This document shows, one piece after another, positions 1 through 8,015 of a stretch of 44,822 nucleotides of DNA. Both the position numbers and the translations under genes were made by a program. Position 1 is the stretch's first letter, and the number at the start of each line of letters is the position of its first letter. The notes below the pieces were generated by a model, which had not been told where the DNA came from, did no database searches, and saw only the letters and a list, made by a program, of their open reading frames with translations. The DNA is from Candidatus Eiseniibacteriota bacterium (GTDB taxonomy: Bacteria > Eisenbacteria > RBG-16-71-46): contig JANLWX010000064.1 of the NCBI GenBank assembly GCA_031364845.1, forward strand, positions 1 through 44,822, in the 5' to 3' direction.

Positions 1-2
1 CC

Positions 3-416
3 CACTCGCGGGCCGGGGCCGATTCGCTCAAGGCACGCCTGATGTCGGGAGAGAAGGCCGAGGCCATTCTGCTCGCCGATTCACTCGCGGGGCTCGCTCC
101 GCGCGGGTCGATCCAGCAGCGGTACCAGAACGAGCACGGGCCCTACCACAAGGTGCTGTTCGAAGAACTGCGGCCGGGCCAGGTGACGACCGACGGGCCC
201 GACAAGTCCGGCGACTACATCGTGCTCCAGCTCCTCGCGTTCGAGCAGGGCCGGCAGTTGCCGTTCGCAGAAGTCGAGCGGGTGATCGACGAATCGCTGC
301 AGAACATCACCGGCGACTCGATGCTCCAATCCCTGATCGCCCGCAACAGAAAGCGCTACCGGATCGAAGCGCACCCGGAGTGGGTGATGCGCTTCCGGCT
401 CGCGCCGCCGAGCTGA
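3..416 (+). CDS. 3' end of a probable periplasmic peptidyl-prolyl isomerase/SurA-PrsA-like chaperone (runs off the left edge)
   Basis: The frame is open from position 3 to TGA at 416. 'L-PGQVT--GP----YIVLQLL------LPFAEVERVIDESL' resembles the C-terminal part of parvulin-type rotamase proteins. Confidence 0.55.
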   Translation, partial: HSRAGADSLKARLMSGEKAEAILLADSLAGLAPRGSIQQRYQNEHGPYHKVLFEELRPGQVTTDGPDKSGDYIVLQLLAFEQGRQLPFAEVERVIDESLQNITGDSMLQSLIARNRKRYRIEAHPEWVMRFRLAPPS

Positions 417-441
417 TCGAAGCACGGGCGCCGCGCTACCG

Positions 442-482
442 ACAGAACGACCACCTTCGCGAAACGAAGGTGGTCGTTCTGT
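442..482. terminator. Hairpin between convergent genes, probable bidirectional terminator
   Basis: Perfect 18-bp inverted repeat ACAGAACGACCACCTTCG / CGAAGGTGGTCGTTCTGT with a 5-nt loop, lying between the stops at 416 and 499. Confidence 0.8.
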
Positions 483-498
483 TGGGCACGCGGATGAC

Positions 499-1230
499 TT
501 ACCGGTAAAGCGCCTTTACCTGACCCCACGTCTTGTTGCGGGTCGGGGTATTGGCCGGGCAGTCGAGGATCGAAATGCTCTGGTAGGTGACCCAGTTCTG
601 GTCCTCTTCGGCCGTGATGAACGGATCGTTGTTGGCTTCGAGCGGCTGGAACAGCTGAATGCTGTTGAAGACGATGCACGCTTCGTTAAGGCAGCCGGCG
701 CACGAGCCGCCGCCGGTCGTCTTCGACTTCAGGATGTTGGCCTTGAACGCATAGTACTGGGTGCCGACGGTCAGCGGGCCCTCGGTGCCGGTCGGAATCG
801 CCGCCTGCATCCGGAACCGCGCCCGATTGGGCGCTCCGTACTCCGAGTCATAGGCAAAGCCACCGGCCGCCTGCCCGCCGAAGAAGTCGATGCACGTGAA
901 CGGGCCCGAGGTGAAGTCGAAGCTGGCCGCAAGACCGGTCGTGGTGCGGCAGGATCCGCCGCCGTGCTTCCACCAGTCCGGAAGCTGGGTGCCAACCGTG
1001 ATGTCGATCTGGGCGTCGATGCCGAGGAACGCATTGACGTTGGCGGGCGGGGTGAACGAACCGACGAGGACCAGGGGTGCTCCCGCGTTGGCATCGCATG
1101 CGAAGGTCTTGGTGTTCGCTCCGGTCGTGCCGCAATCGTCCCACGACAGATTGATCCCCGAGGGGTCGCCGGCGGATGCGATCGACGCCGCCATCAACAG
1201 TGCCGCTCCACTCATGAGCCATTTCTTCAT
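499..1230 (-). CDS. Secreted Cys-rich protein, paralog 1 (243 aa), C-terminal TWGQVKALYR tag
   Basis: GGAGG RBS before ATG 1230; Sec signal peptide MKKWLM...ASIASA; 8 Cys; clearly similar to the three neighbouring ORFs. Confidence 0.9.
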   Translation of the reverse strand: MKKWLMSGAALLMAASIASAGDPSGINLSWDDCGTTGANTKTFACDANAGAPLVLVGSFTPPANVNAFLGIDAQIDITVGTQLPDWWKHGGGSCRTTTGLAASFDFTSGPFTCIDFFGGQAAGGFAYDSEYGAPNRARFRMQAAIPTGTEGPLTVGTQYYAFKANILKSKTTGGGSCAGCLNEACIVFNSIQLFQPLEANNDPFITAEEDQNWVTYQSISILDCPANTPTRNKTWGQVKALYR

Positions 1231-1376
1231 GCGATCCTCCGTTATGAGTTCAGCGTGATGGTTGCGTGCTGCGCTCGATCGATCGGGAGCGCGGCAATCG
1301 CGGGCCAACGGTTCTCAGGCGGCCGAGAACCCAAGCGGCGGCAAGATACCCTAGCGATTCACCGTCGGCCAGCCCG

Positions 1377-2111
1377 CTACCGGTAGAGGCTTTTGATCTG
1401 TCCCCACGTGCGGGCACGCACCGGGACGGAGGCGCAGTCGGCTCCCGATCCTCCCCGCCACGTCACCCGGTTGGCGTTCGCGGGCCCCGCGGTCTCGAGG
1501 GTGACTTCGGTGGGAACGGACTTGGCGCCGCGCAGCAGCTTCACCTGATTGAGGACGAGGCATGCGGGTTGGAGACATCCGGCGCATCCTGGAAACGAAG
1601 TCTTCTGATTTGAAATCAAGAGCTTGAGGCCGTAGTACATCGCTCCCGCCTCGAGCACCCGGGCGGAGTCCGCGCGGATCGCTAGCAATCCGAGCAGCCG
1701 GGCCTGGCTGCTCTGACCTCGAGGAAGGCCAGGCGTGTAGAGCGCGAGGGCGGCACCGGAAATCCGCCACGGGTCGGCGCACACCCTTTCTAGAGTGAAG
1801 TCCCCGCTCGCGAACAGCGATTGATCGCGGCAGTCTCCCTTGCCCAGCCGCCACCAGTCCGGAAGCGCACCTTCGCTGTGCTGGAGATCGACGGTGACTT
1901 CGATGCCGACGACGTCATCGATCGACTGAGCCAGCGTGAACGCGCAAAAGAGTGCGCTGTTGCCTTCATCGAACTGACACGCCGTTCCCAGATCGGCGTT
2001 GCCGGCTCCGTCGAGCGCGCAGTCGTCCCAACTTAGATAGATCTGGCCGTCGAATGCCGACGCGGGAACGACCATTAACAGCAGACCGGCGATCACGAGA
2101 CTCAGGCGCAT
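1377..2111 (-). CDS. Secreted Cys-rich protein, divergent paralog 2 (244 aa), C-terminal TWGQIKSLYR tag
   Basis: Signal peptide MRLSLV...VPASA; shares the LSWDDC, LPDWW, CR, YY and CAGC--PAC motifs with its neighbours. Confidence 0.88.
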   Translation of the reverse strand: MRLSLVIAGLLLMVVPASAFDGQIYLSWDDCALDGAGNADLGTACQFDEGNSALFCAFTLAQSIDDVVGIEVTVDLQHSEGALPDWWRLGKGDCRDQSLFASGDFTLERVCADPWRISGAALALYTPGLPRGQSSQARLLGLLAIRADSARVLEAGAMYYGLKLLISNQKTSFPGCAGCLQPACLVLNQVKLLRGAKSVPTEVTLETAGPANANRVTWRGGSGADCASVPVRARTWGQIKSLYR

Positions 2112-2185
2112 AGGCGCCAGATTACGCCACGTGCAAGTCATTGGAGTAGCAATGGAGCCCCAGTTTCCGACCAGCGCGCGAAATG

Positions 2186-2224
2186 AAAAAACCGAAGCGA
2201 CCGTCTTGCGACGGTCGCTTCGGT
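2186..2224 (-). terminator. Rho-independent terminator
   Basis: Stem ACCGAAGCGACCGTC / GACGGTCGCTTCGGT with a 4-nt loop, followed by a U-tract on the minus strand; about 20 nt after the stop at 2246. Confidence 0.9.
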
Positions 2225-2245
2225 GTGAAGCTCAGCAGATTCAGA

Positions 2246-2980
2246 CTAGCGGTACAGGCTCTTGACCTGGCCCCACGTCTTGCTCTTGGTCGGGGTCGAC
2301 AGCGGGCAGCCAACAGGGCCCGTCGCCGGGTTCTGCCACGTGGCGAACTGACGGTCACGCGGATTGGTGATGATCGGATCGTTGGCCAGCTCGAGCGGCT
2401 GGAACAGCTGGATTTCGTTCAGCACGATGCACGCCGAGTTCGAGCAACCAACGCAGTTTCCCGTGCCCGAGGTCTTCGCGCGCAGGAGGTTGGCCTTGAA
2501 CGCGTAGTACTCCGTGCCTGGATCGACTGGCTGCTCGGTGCCGGCCGCGATGGCAGCCTGAATACGGAAACGTGCACGCGCCGGCGAACCGAAACCGACG
2601 TCATACGCCGTGCCGCCCGCCGCCTGACCACCGAAGTAATCGGCGCAGGAGAACGGTCCGCTCGTGAAATCAAAGCTCACGGACAGGCCCGTCGTACCAC
2701 GGCACTGACCGGTGCCGTGCTTCCACCAGTCGGGCAGATTCGCCTGATCGGTGGTGATGTCGATCTGCGCCGACAGACCGCCGAGCTTCGTCACGTTCGC
2801 CGGCGGATCATACGAAGCGACCAGCACGAACGGAGCGCCAGAGTTGGTGTTGCACGCAAACGTCTGGTTCTGCTGTCCAGCAATTCCACAGTCATTCCAC
2901 GACAGGTTGACGCCCTCGGCCGACGCGAACGACGCGCCGAGCACGAGCATCGCACCTGCGATGAGGATGTTCTTCTTCAT
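2246..2980 (-). CDS. Secreted Cys-rich protein, paralog 3 (244 aa), C-terminal TWGQVKSLYR tag
   Basis: GGAGG RBS; signal peptide MKKNIL...ASFASA; 8 Cys; long stretches identical to paralog 4. Confidence 0.92.
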   Translation of the reverse strand: MKKNILIAGAMLVLGASFASAEGVNLSWNDCGIAGQQNQTFACNTNSGAPFVLVASYDPPANVTKLGGLSAQIDITTDQANLPDWWKHGTGQCRGTTGLSVSFDFTSGPFSCADYFGGQAAGGTAYDVGFGSPARARFRIQAAIAAGTEQPVDPGTEYYAFKANLLRAKTSGTGNCVGCSNSACIVLNEIQLFQPLELANDPIITNPRDRQFATWQNPATGPVGCPLSTPTKSKTWGQVKSLYR

Positions 2981-3029
2981 TTGTTGCCTCCAGGCTATTA
3001 CTGCAAGGGGGACCAAAAATAGTTACCTG

Positions 3030-3758
3030 TTAACGGTACAGGCTCTTGACCTGACCCCACGTCTTCGTCTGGGTCGGGGTCGACAGCGGGCATCCGGCCA
3101 CAACGGCCGACTGCCAGGTCACGTAGTTGGAATTTGCCGGATTGGTGATCTCCGGGTCATTTCCTTCTTCGAGAGGCTGGAACAGCTGGACGCTGTTGAG
3201 CACGATGCACATCGGCTCGCTGCAGCCGGCGCACAGTCCGACGCCGGTGCTCTTCGAGCGCTGCACATTCGCCTTGAACGCGTAGTACTCGGTTCCCGCA
3301 GCGACCGGCTGCTCGGTACCGGCAGCGATCGCCGCCTGGACCCGAAGACGCGCGCGATTCGGCGTACCGTAACCGATATCGTACGCGAAGCCGCCTGCCG
3401 CCTGGCCACCGAAGTAGTCAGCACAGCTGAACGGACCACTCGTGAAGTCGAAGCTGATCGACAGACCCGAAGTGGTACGGCACTGACCGGTACCGTGCTT
3501 CCACCAATCCGGAAGCGACGCGGTGTTCGACGTGATGTCAATCTGTGCTGAGAGACCGCCAACCTTGTTGAGGCCGGCCGGCGGCAGATACGACGCAACC
3601 ATGGTGAACGGGACACCGGAGTTCGTCGAACATGTCGTCGAATTGGTTCCCGTTCCGGCTGCTCCACAATCATTCCACGCCAGGTTGATGCCCTGCGCAG
3701 AGGCGATGCTCGCCATCAGCGCCAGCATGCCACCGGCGAGTACAAGGGTCTTCTTCAT
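3030..3758 (-). CDS. Secreted Cys-rich protein, paralog 4 (242 aa), C-terminal TWGQVKSLYR tag
   Basis: GGAGG RBS; signal peptide MKKTLV...ASIASA; 8 Cys. Confidence 0.92.
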   Translation of the reverse strand: MKKTLVLAGGMLALMASIASAQGINLAWNDCGAAGTGTNSTTCSTNSGVPFTMVASYLPPAGLNKVGGLSAQIDITSNTASLPDWWKHGTGQCRTTSGLSISFDFTSGPFSCADYFGGQAAGGFAYDIGYGTPNRARLRVQAAIAAGTEQPVAAGTEYYAFKANVQRSKSTGVGLCAGCSEPMCIVLNSVQLFQPLEEGNDPEITNPANSNYVTWQSAVVAGCPLSTPTQTKTWGQVKSLYR

Positions 3759-3890
3759 TGCTGCCTCCAAAGATGCAACGCTACGAGGGGAAGATCTCCT
3801 TGGGTGGTTTTCAGAAGCATTTGAGGTCGGCAATCACCACCTTCCGGTCAGCCGATTTTTGAAACTCAAATCAACAGATTGAAGCGTGAA

Positions 3891-4541
3891 TCAGTGGCAG
3901 TACGCGGCACAGCTCGTGGCCGAACCACCGCCGAGCGAAGCGCCGAGCAGCAGCGACAGGTCGGTCGGATTGACGGTGTTCGAGCAGTTGTAGTCCGAAC
4001 GGCCTTCGAAGTCGCCATCGAACGAGTCCGGCAGGAACAGCGAGAGGTCGGTCGGGTTCACGCCACCGCCGCCGTTCTGATCGAACGCGCCGACATTGAT
4101 CGTGCCCAGATTGACACCATCGGCATACACGGTCGCGCACTTGAATCCCGCAGCCGCGCTTCCACCGGAGTTGTTCGCGCCACCGACGATGCGAATCGTC
4201 ACGACGCCAGCACCGTCCGTCACGGCATTGATCTCACCGACAACGCCCGAGCAGTCGGCAGTGACACCACCGGCAGGCTGGACGGAGCACACACGGATAT
4301 CCGGCGTGCAGGCATTGAAGTCGATCACGACAGAGCTGCCCGGGATCGGATTCTGCGCGAGGTCACGCACGGTGATCTGGAACTCACCACGCGCATCCGC
4401 AACACCCGCGGTCGTACCTACGAGGTTGAGACCGCACGGAACCGAAGAATCAGCAGGGCTGGGAACAGCGGCCATCGAGCTCGAAGCGGCCAGAACTCCT
4501 GAGCACGCGAGAAGCATGGCCTTGCGAAGCAGACCAGACAT
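3891..4541 (-). CDS. Secreted protein (216 aa) with an Ig-like (invasin/Big_1-like) domain and C-terminal dockerin-like duplicated Ca-binding repeats
   Basis: GGAGG RBS; signal peptide; 'FQITVRDLAQNPIPGSSVVIDF...TDGAGVVTI' Ig-like pattern; repeats DQNGGGGVNPTDLSLFL and DYNCSNTVNPTDLSLLL 29 aa apart. Confidence 0.8.
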   Translation of the reverse strand: MSGLLRKAMLLACSGVLAASSSMAAVPSPADSSVPCGLNLVGTTAGVADARGEFQITVRDLAQNPIPGSSVVIDFNACTPDIRVCSVQPAGGVTADCSGVVGEINAVTDGAGVVTIRIVGGANNSGGSAAAGFKCATVYADGVNLGTINVGAFDQNGGGGVNPTDLSLFLPDSFDGDFEGRSDYNCSNTVNPTDLSLLLGASLGGGSATSCAAYCH

Positions 4542-4718
4542 TTTTGCACCTCCATACATGGGTCACCCCTGTTGCTAGATTAAGACAAAGGCAAGAGTTG
4601 CGAGCAATCAGGCAGGGCTGCGAGCCACCTCCTTTCAGGCTCTTCAATTTCGATCGATCGCTTAGCCGCCGCGTGACCTGTTAATTGTCGCGCTAACAAG
4701 GCGTTCCAAGACAGGAGA

Positions 4719-4748
4719 AGTCTAAGATCCCGGTTCACAGCATGTCAA
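4719..4748 (-). promoter_or_regulatory. Near-consensus sigma70 promoter for the secreted-protein cluster
   Basis: TTGACA-N18-TAGACT on the minus strand with an A-tract just upstream; implies a ~170-nt 5' UTR. Confidence 0.7.
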
Positions 4749-4847
4749 GGTTTTTTGCCCCCTTCACGCCGCGGCTACGCTTTTTTACCTTCGTTTAGCT
4801 AGGGTACTGATTGCTCCGGGACTCTTAACCCGGTTGTGCTTCCACGG

Positions 4848-4923
4848 TGGTGGGCGAAACAGGGCTCGAACCTGTGACCCCTTGCTTGTAAGGCAAGTGC
4901 TCTACCAGCTGAGCTATTCGCCC
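4848..4923 (-). tRNA. tRNA-Val(TAC)
   Basis: 76-nt cloverleaf GGGCGAATAGCTCAG...CTTGCCT-TAC-AAGCAAG...GGTTCGAGCCC...CGCCCACCA. Confidence 0.97.
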
Positions 4924-5156
4924 GTGTTGCGTGCACGAATGAGCAGGGAGGCCGGGATCAGGACCACATAGCCCGTCACCAACAGGACCGGCGCCAGCGT
5001 GATGGAACCCTTCGAGAGCGCGAGATATCCGGCAACGAGGACCGCCACCCCGAGTCCCAGCAGGAGCGAGTTCATCACTCCCCAGCTGAAACCGAGATCG
5101 CTTTCGATCACTGCCCTGCGCTGACTGCGAGGTTTCACCACCGGCTTTCCGTTCAT
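4914..5156 (-). CDS. Small 2-TM membrane protein, DUF3098-like (80 aa)
   Basis: GGAGGA RBS; 'N-LLLGLGVAVLVAGYLAL----SITLAPVLLVTGYVVLIP' pattern; the stop codon lies inside tRNA-Val. Confidence 0.75.
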   Translation of the reverse strand: MNGKPVVKPRSQRRAVIESDLGFSWGVMNSLLLGLGVAVLVAGYLALSKGSITLAPVLLVTGYVVLIPASLLIRARNTGE

Positions 5157-5182
5157 TGCTTCCTCCATGCCCCTTCGGAACG

Positions 5183-5236
5183 AAACACAAAAGCCGATCG
5201 ACCCGGCCCGATAAGGTCGGGTCGAGATCGTCGGCT
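5183..5236 (-). terminator. Intrinsic terminator-like hairpin downstream of larE and upstream of the DUF3098-like gene
   Basis: Minus-strand bulged stem AGCCGA(cgatc)TCGACCCG...CGGGTCGATCGGCT followed by TTTGTGTTTC. Confidence 0.6.
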
Positions 5237-5321
5237 ACACTGGGTCCTGTACGACGGCCCTGGCACCAACGACCTCAGCGAAGATCGCTCCTTGTGCCGC
5301 CGCCTCCGTGGGGCGCGAGCC

Positions 5322-6350
5322 TTATACACCCGGTCCGCCGGAGGAGGTTCCCGCTTTGTCACAACCTCGGGGCAATTCGCCCGGAAGCTCCCGCTTCCGT
5401 TCACTCCCGCTCAACACGCGGGAATCGTGCCGGGCCTGGGGATCGGGTGAATCGACTCGGACCGACGCCAGGGCGTCCGAGGCCATTGCGGAAGCCACTG
5501 CCAAATTGAGACTTCCTGATCGGAAGCCCTCGAGATCCAGCGCGACGAATCGGAATCCTGCCTGCTTGAGCCCGTCGACGACTTTGTTTCGCAACGCCGG
5601 GTCCGAAAATCGCGGCAATTCGCACAACGGCAATTCGATACGCGCGACGTCGCCGTGGTAGCGGACCCTGAGTTCGCGGAACCCGAGATCGCGGAGTAAG
5701 GCCTCGCCCGTTTCGACCATGCGAAGATTCTCGCGGCTGATTTCGGTGCCATAAGGGATCCGCGAGGCGAGGCACGGCGACGCCGGCTTGTCGTGACTCG
5801 TGAGCCCATAATGTTGCGCGGCCGCGCGCACGTCGGCCTTCGTGAATCCGAGCTCGGCAAGCGGTGAGCGCACGCCCGCCTCTTCCGCAGCACGGCGGCC
5901 GGGGCGCCAGTCGGTGAGATCGTCGGCAATCGTTCCATCGAGGATGGCCTGCGCTCCCAGCTGCCCGGCCGCGACCTGAAGCTCGCGGTAGAGCTCCGAC
6001 TTGCAGTGGTAGCAGCGATCAAGCGGGTTCGAGCGAAAGTTGGGGTCCGAAAGCTCGCCGGTGCTCACGATCTCGACCTTTGCTCCGAAGGCTGCGGCCT
6101 GCTCGAGCGCGAGAGTTAACTCGTGCGACGCGTAGGAGTCGGAGCGCCCGATCACACCGCGCGCCTGCTCGCCGAGCACCTCGATCGCGACCCGCAGGAG
6201 CAGGCTCGAGTCCACGCCACCCGAGTAGGCCACGATCACCGAGCCCAGCTCCGACAGGTGGGCGCGAAGGCGGTCCAGCCGCTCACGCCAGTCGAGGCCG
6301 TCGGGGAGTGGCGTGTGTTCGCCGATCTGGATGAGCGAGGATGAGGTCAC
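5322..6350 (-). CDS. larE: ATP-dependent sacrificial sulfur transferase, LarE/TIGR00268 family
   Basis: PP-loop AYSGGVDS, RCYHCK, KPASPCLASRIPYG and GFRSGSLN motifs; about 60 extra C-terminal residues. Confidence 0.9.
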   Translation of the reverse strand: MTSSSLIQIGEHTPLPDGLDWRERLDRLRAHLSELGSVIVAYSGGVDSSLLLRVAIEVLGEQARGVIGRSDSYASHELTLALEQAAAFGAKVEIVSTGELSDPNFRSNPLDRCYHCKSELYRELQVAAGQLGAQAILDGTIADDLTDWRPGRRAAEEAGVRSPLAELGFTKADVRAAAQHYGLTSHDKPASPCLASRIPYGTEISRENLRMVETGEALLRDLGFRELRVRYHGDVARIELPLCELPRFSDPALRNKVVDGLKQAGFRFVALDLEGFRSGSLNLAVASAMASDALASVRVDSPDPQARHDSRVLSGSERKRELPGELPRGCDKAGTSSGGPGV

Positions 6351-6461
6351 GGGGCCGGAACACTATCACAGAGCCGAAGACGATCAACGCACGCCGTGGG
6401 AGCGGATGTCGGTTATACCCTTTCACTTCTGCAACGAGTCGGTTAATAACCGACTCTTCCC

Positions 6462-7574
6462 CTATGGAGTCGCGGGCTTCGCCGGGACGGGCACCGCCGC
6501 CGAGTCTCCCGCCGTGATCAGCGTCTCCGCCGCGGCGGGCGCCACGGTGCGGACCACGCGAATGTTCGAGAGGTGCTGGTCGTAGGTGGGGGAGAACATG
6601 TGCCGCCCGCGGCCGTTGGCGACGAAGTAGAGATCGTCGGACTCGGGCCCTGGATTGATGGCAGCTTCGATGCTCGCGCGTCCGGGATTGCAGATCGGGC
6701 CCGGCGGGAGTCCGACCCGCATGTACGTGTTGTAGGGAGAGTCGGCGCGCAACTGGCGCAGATAGATCCGCGAGCGCGGCGGAAGTCCGACCGCGTAGGC
6801 GACGGTCGGGTCGGCCTGCAGCTTCATGTTGCGCGCGAGCCGGTTGAGGTAGACCCGCGCGATGCGCGGGCGCTCGTCGTCGTACTGGGCCTCGCATTCG
6901 ACGATCGAAGCCAGCGTGAGCAGCTGGTGGAGCGAAAGCGAGAGCGGCAGCGAGTCGCGACCCGCCGTCTGATCCAGCAGCAGCGTCTGGGTGCGCGTGG
7001 CCATGGTGCGGAACGCGACCTCGGGTGCGGTGCCGGGGAGGAACTCGTAGGAGTCCGGCGCCAGATAGCCTTCGAGGCTCGGAGCGCCGACCCCGAGCGA
7101 ATCGAGGAACGCGCGATCGCGCGCGAGCGAATCGAACGACGCGGGCGAGGCTCCGAGATGCGCCGCGAGCCGCTCGACGACCTGCTTCAGCGTGAGGCCT
7201 TCGGGAATCGTCACGAGATTGAGCCCGCTCATGCCGCGCGCGAACGCCCTGAGCAGCGCCGGGATGGTGGTGCCCGGGCGAAACGCGTACTGGCCGGCCT
7301 TGATGCTGCGGTCCAACCCCATCAGGCGCGCGAGCACCTGGAAGCCGAGCGTGCCGTGGATGAGCCCGTTGCGCTCGAGCTCCTGGGCGACGTCGCCCAG
7401 TGTCTGTCCGCGCTCGACCAGCACCACGCGGCGGTCGCTCGGGGGAAACGGACCGGCGGGCAGGAACAGGTGGCTCGCGATTGCGAGCCCGACGCCGACC
7501 AGCAACAGCAGCGCCCAGCGCCGCGGGCGAAACCGGCGGCTGCGGGGTGATGCCGCGCGCCGCGCGGGCGTCAC
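6462..7574 (-). CDS. mltG: Endolytic transglycosylase MltG
   Basis: N-terminal TM; VTIPEG, EGYLAPDSY, LASIVE-E, LQADPTV-Y, SPYNTY--GLPPGPICNPG and LYFVA motifs. Confidence 0.95.
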   Translation of the reverse strand: MTPARRAASPRSRRFRPRRWALLLLVGVGLAIASHLFLPAGPFPPSDRRVVLVERGQTLGDVAQELERNGLIHGTLGFQVLARLMGLDRSIKAGQYAFRPGTTIPALLRAFARGMSGLNLVTIPEGLTLKQVVERLAAHLGASPASFDSLARDRAFLDSLGVGAPSLEGYLAPDSYEFLPGTAPEVAFRTMATRTQTLLLDQTAGRDSLPLSLSLHQLLTLASIVECEAQYDDERPRIARVYLNRLARNMKLQADPTVAYAVGLPPRSRIYLRQLRADSPYNTYMRVGLPPGPICNPGRASIEAAINPGPESDDLYFVANGRGRHMFSPTYDQHLSNIRVVRTVAPAAAETLITAGDSAAVPVPAKPATP

Positions 7575-8008
7575 GAAAGCCCCTGGTCGCCGCGCGAGCG
7601 CAACCGCATGAGGAAGGACTCGAGCAGCACGATCGCGGCACCCTGATCGATGCGCGCCTTGGCGTGGCCGGTGCGCACTCCGACTTCGCGAAGGCGGCGC
7701 TGGCTCAACGCCGAGGTCAGCCGCTCGTCGTAGGTTTCGACCGGGATCTCGAGCGCCGCGGCGAGTGACTCCGCGAAATCCTGCGCGGCCAGCGCGGCCT
7801 CGCCGCGCTCACCCGACATCAGCAGCGGCATGCCGACCACCACCCGTTCGGCTTCGACTTCACGGGCGCGCGCGGCGACCTGGGTGACCGCGTCATCGGC
7901 GCTGCGGACCGCAAGGGTGTCCAAGCCGGTCGCGATGACGCCGCCCGGATCGCTCACCGCAAGCCCCACGCGCCGTTCTCCCCAGTCCACTGCCAGCACC
8001 CGTGACAC
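7571..8008 (-). CDS. ruvX: Holliday junction resolvase-like / pre-16S rRNA nuclease RuvX (YqgF)
   Basis: LAVDWGERRVGLAVSD, VVGMP, DERLTS and ID--AA--LL motifs. Confidence 0.95.
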   Translation of the reverse strand: MSRVLAVDWGERRVGLAVSDPGGVIATGLDTLAVRSADDAVTQVAARAREVEAERVVVGMPLLMSGERGEAALAAQDFAESLAAALEIPVETYDERLTSALSQRRLREVGVRTGHAKARIDQGAAIVLLESFLMRLRSRGDQGLS

Positions 8009-8015
8009 GGAGTGC

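Noticed and set aside
1293..1308. TGGCCCGCGATTGC as a sigma54 promoter for paralog 1
   Set aside because: GG-to-GC spacing is 9 nt, not the required 10.
2246..3758. Near-identical blocks in paralogs 3 and 4 as a DGR template/variable repeat pair
   Set aside because: Both copies are in intact genes, the differences are mostly synonymous and not adenine-specific, and there is no reverse transcriptase in the window. This is ordinary tandem duplication.
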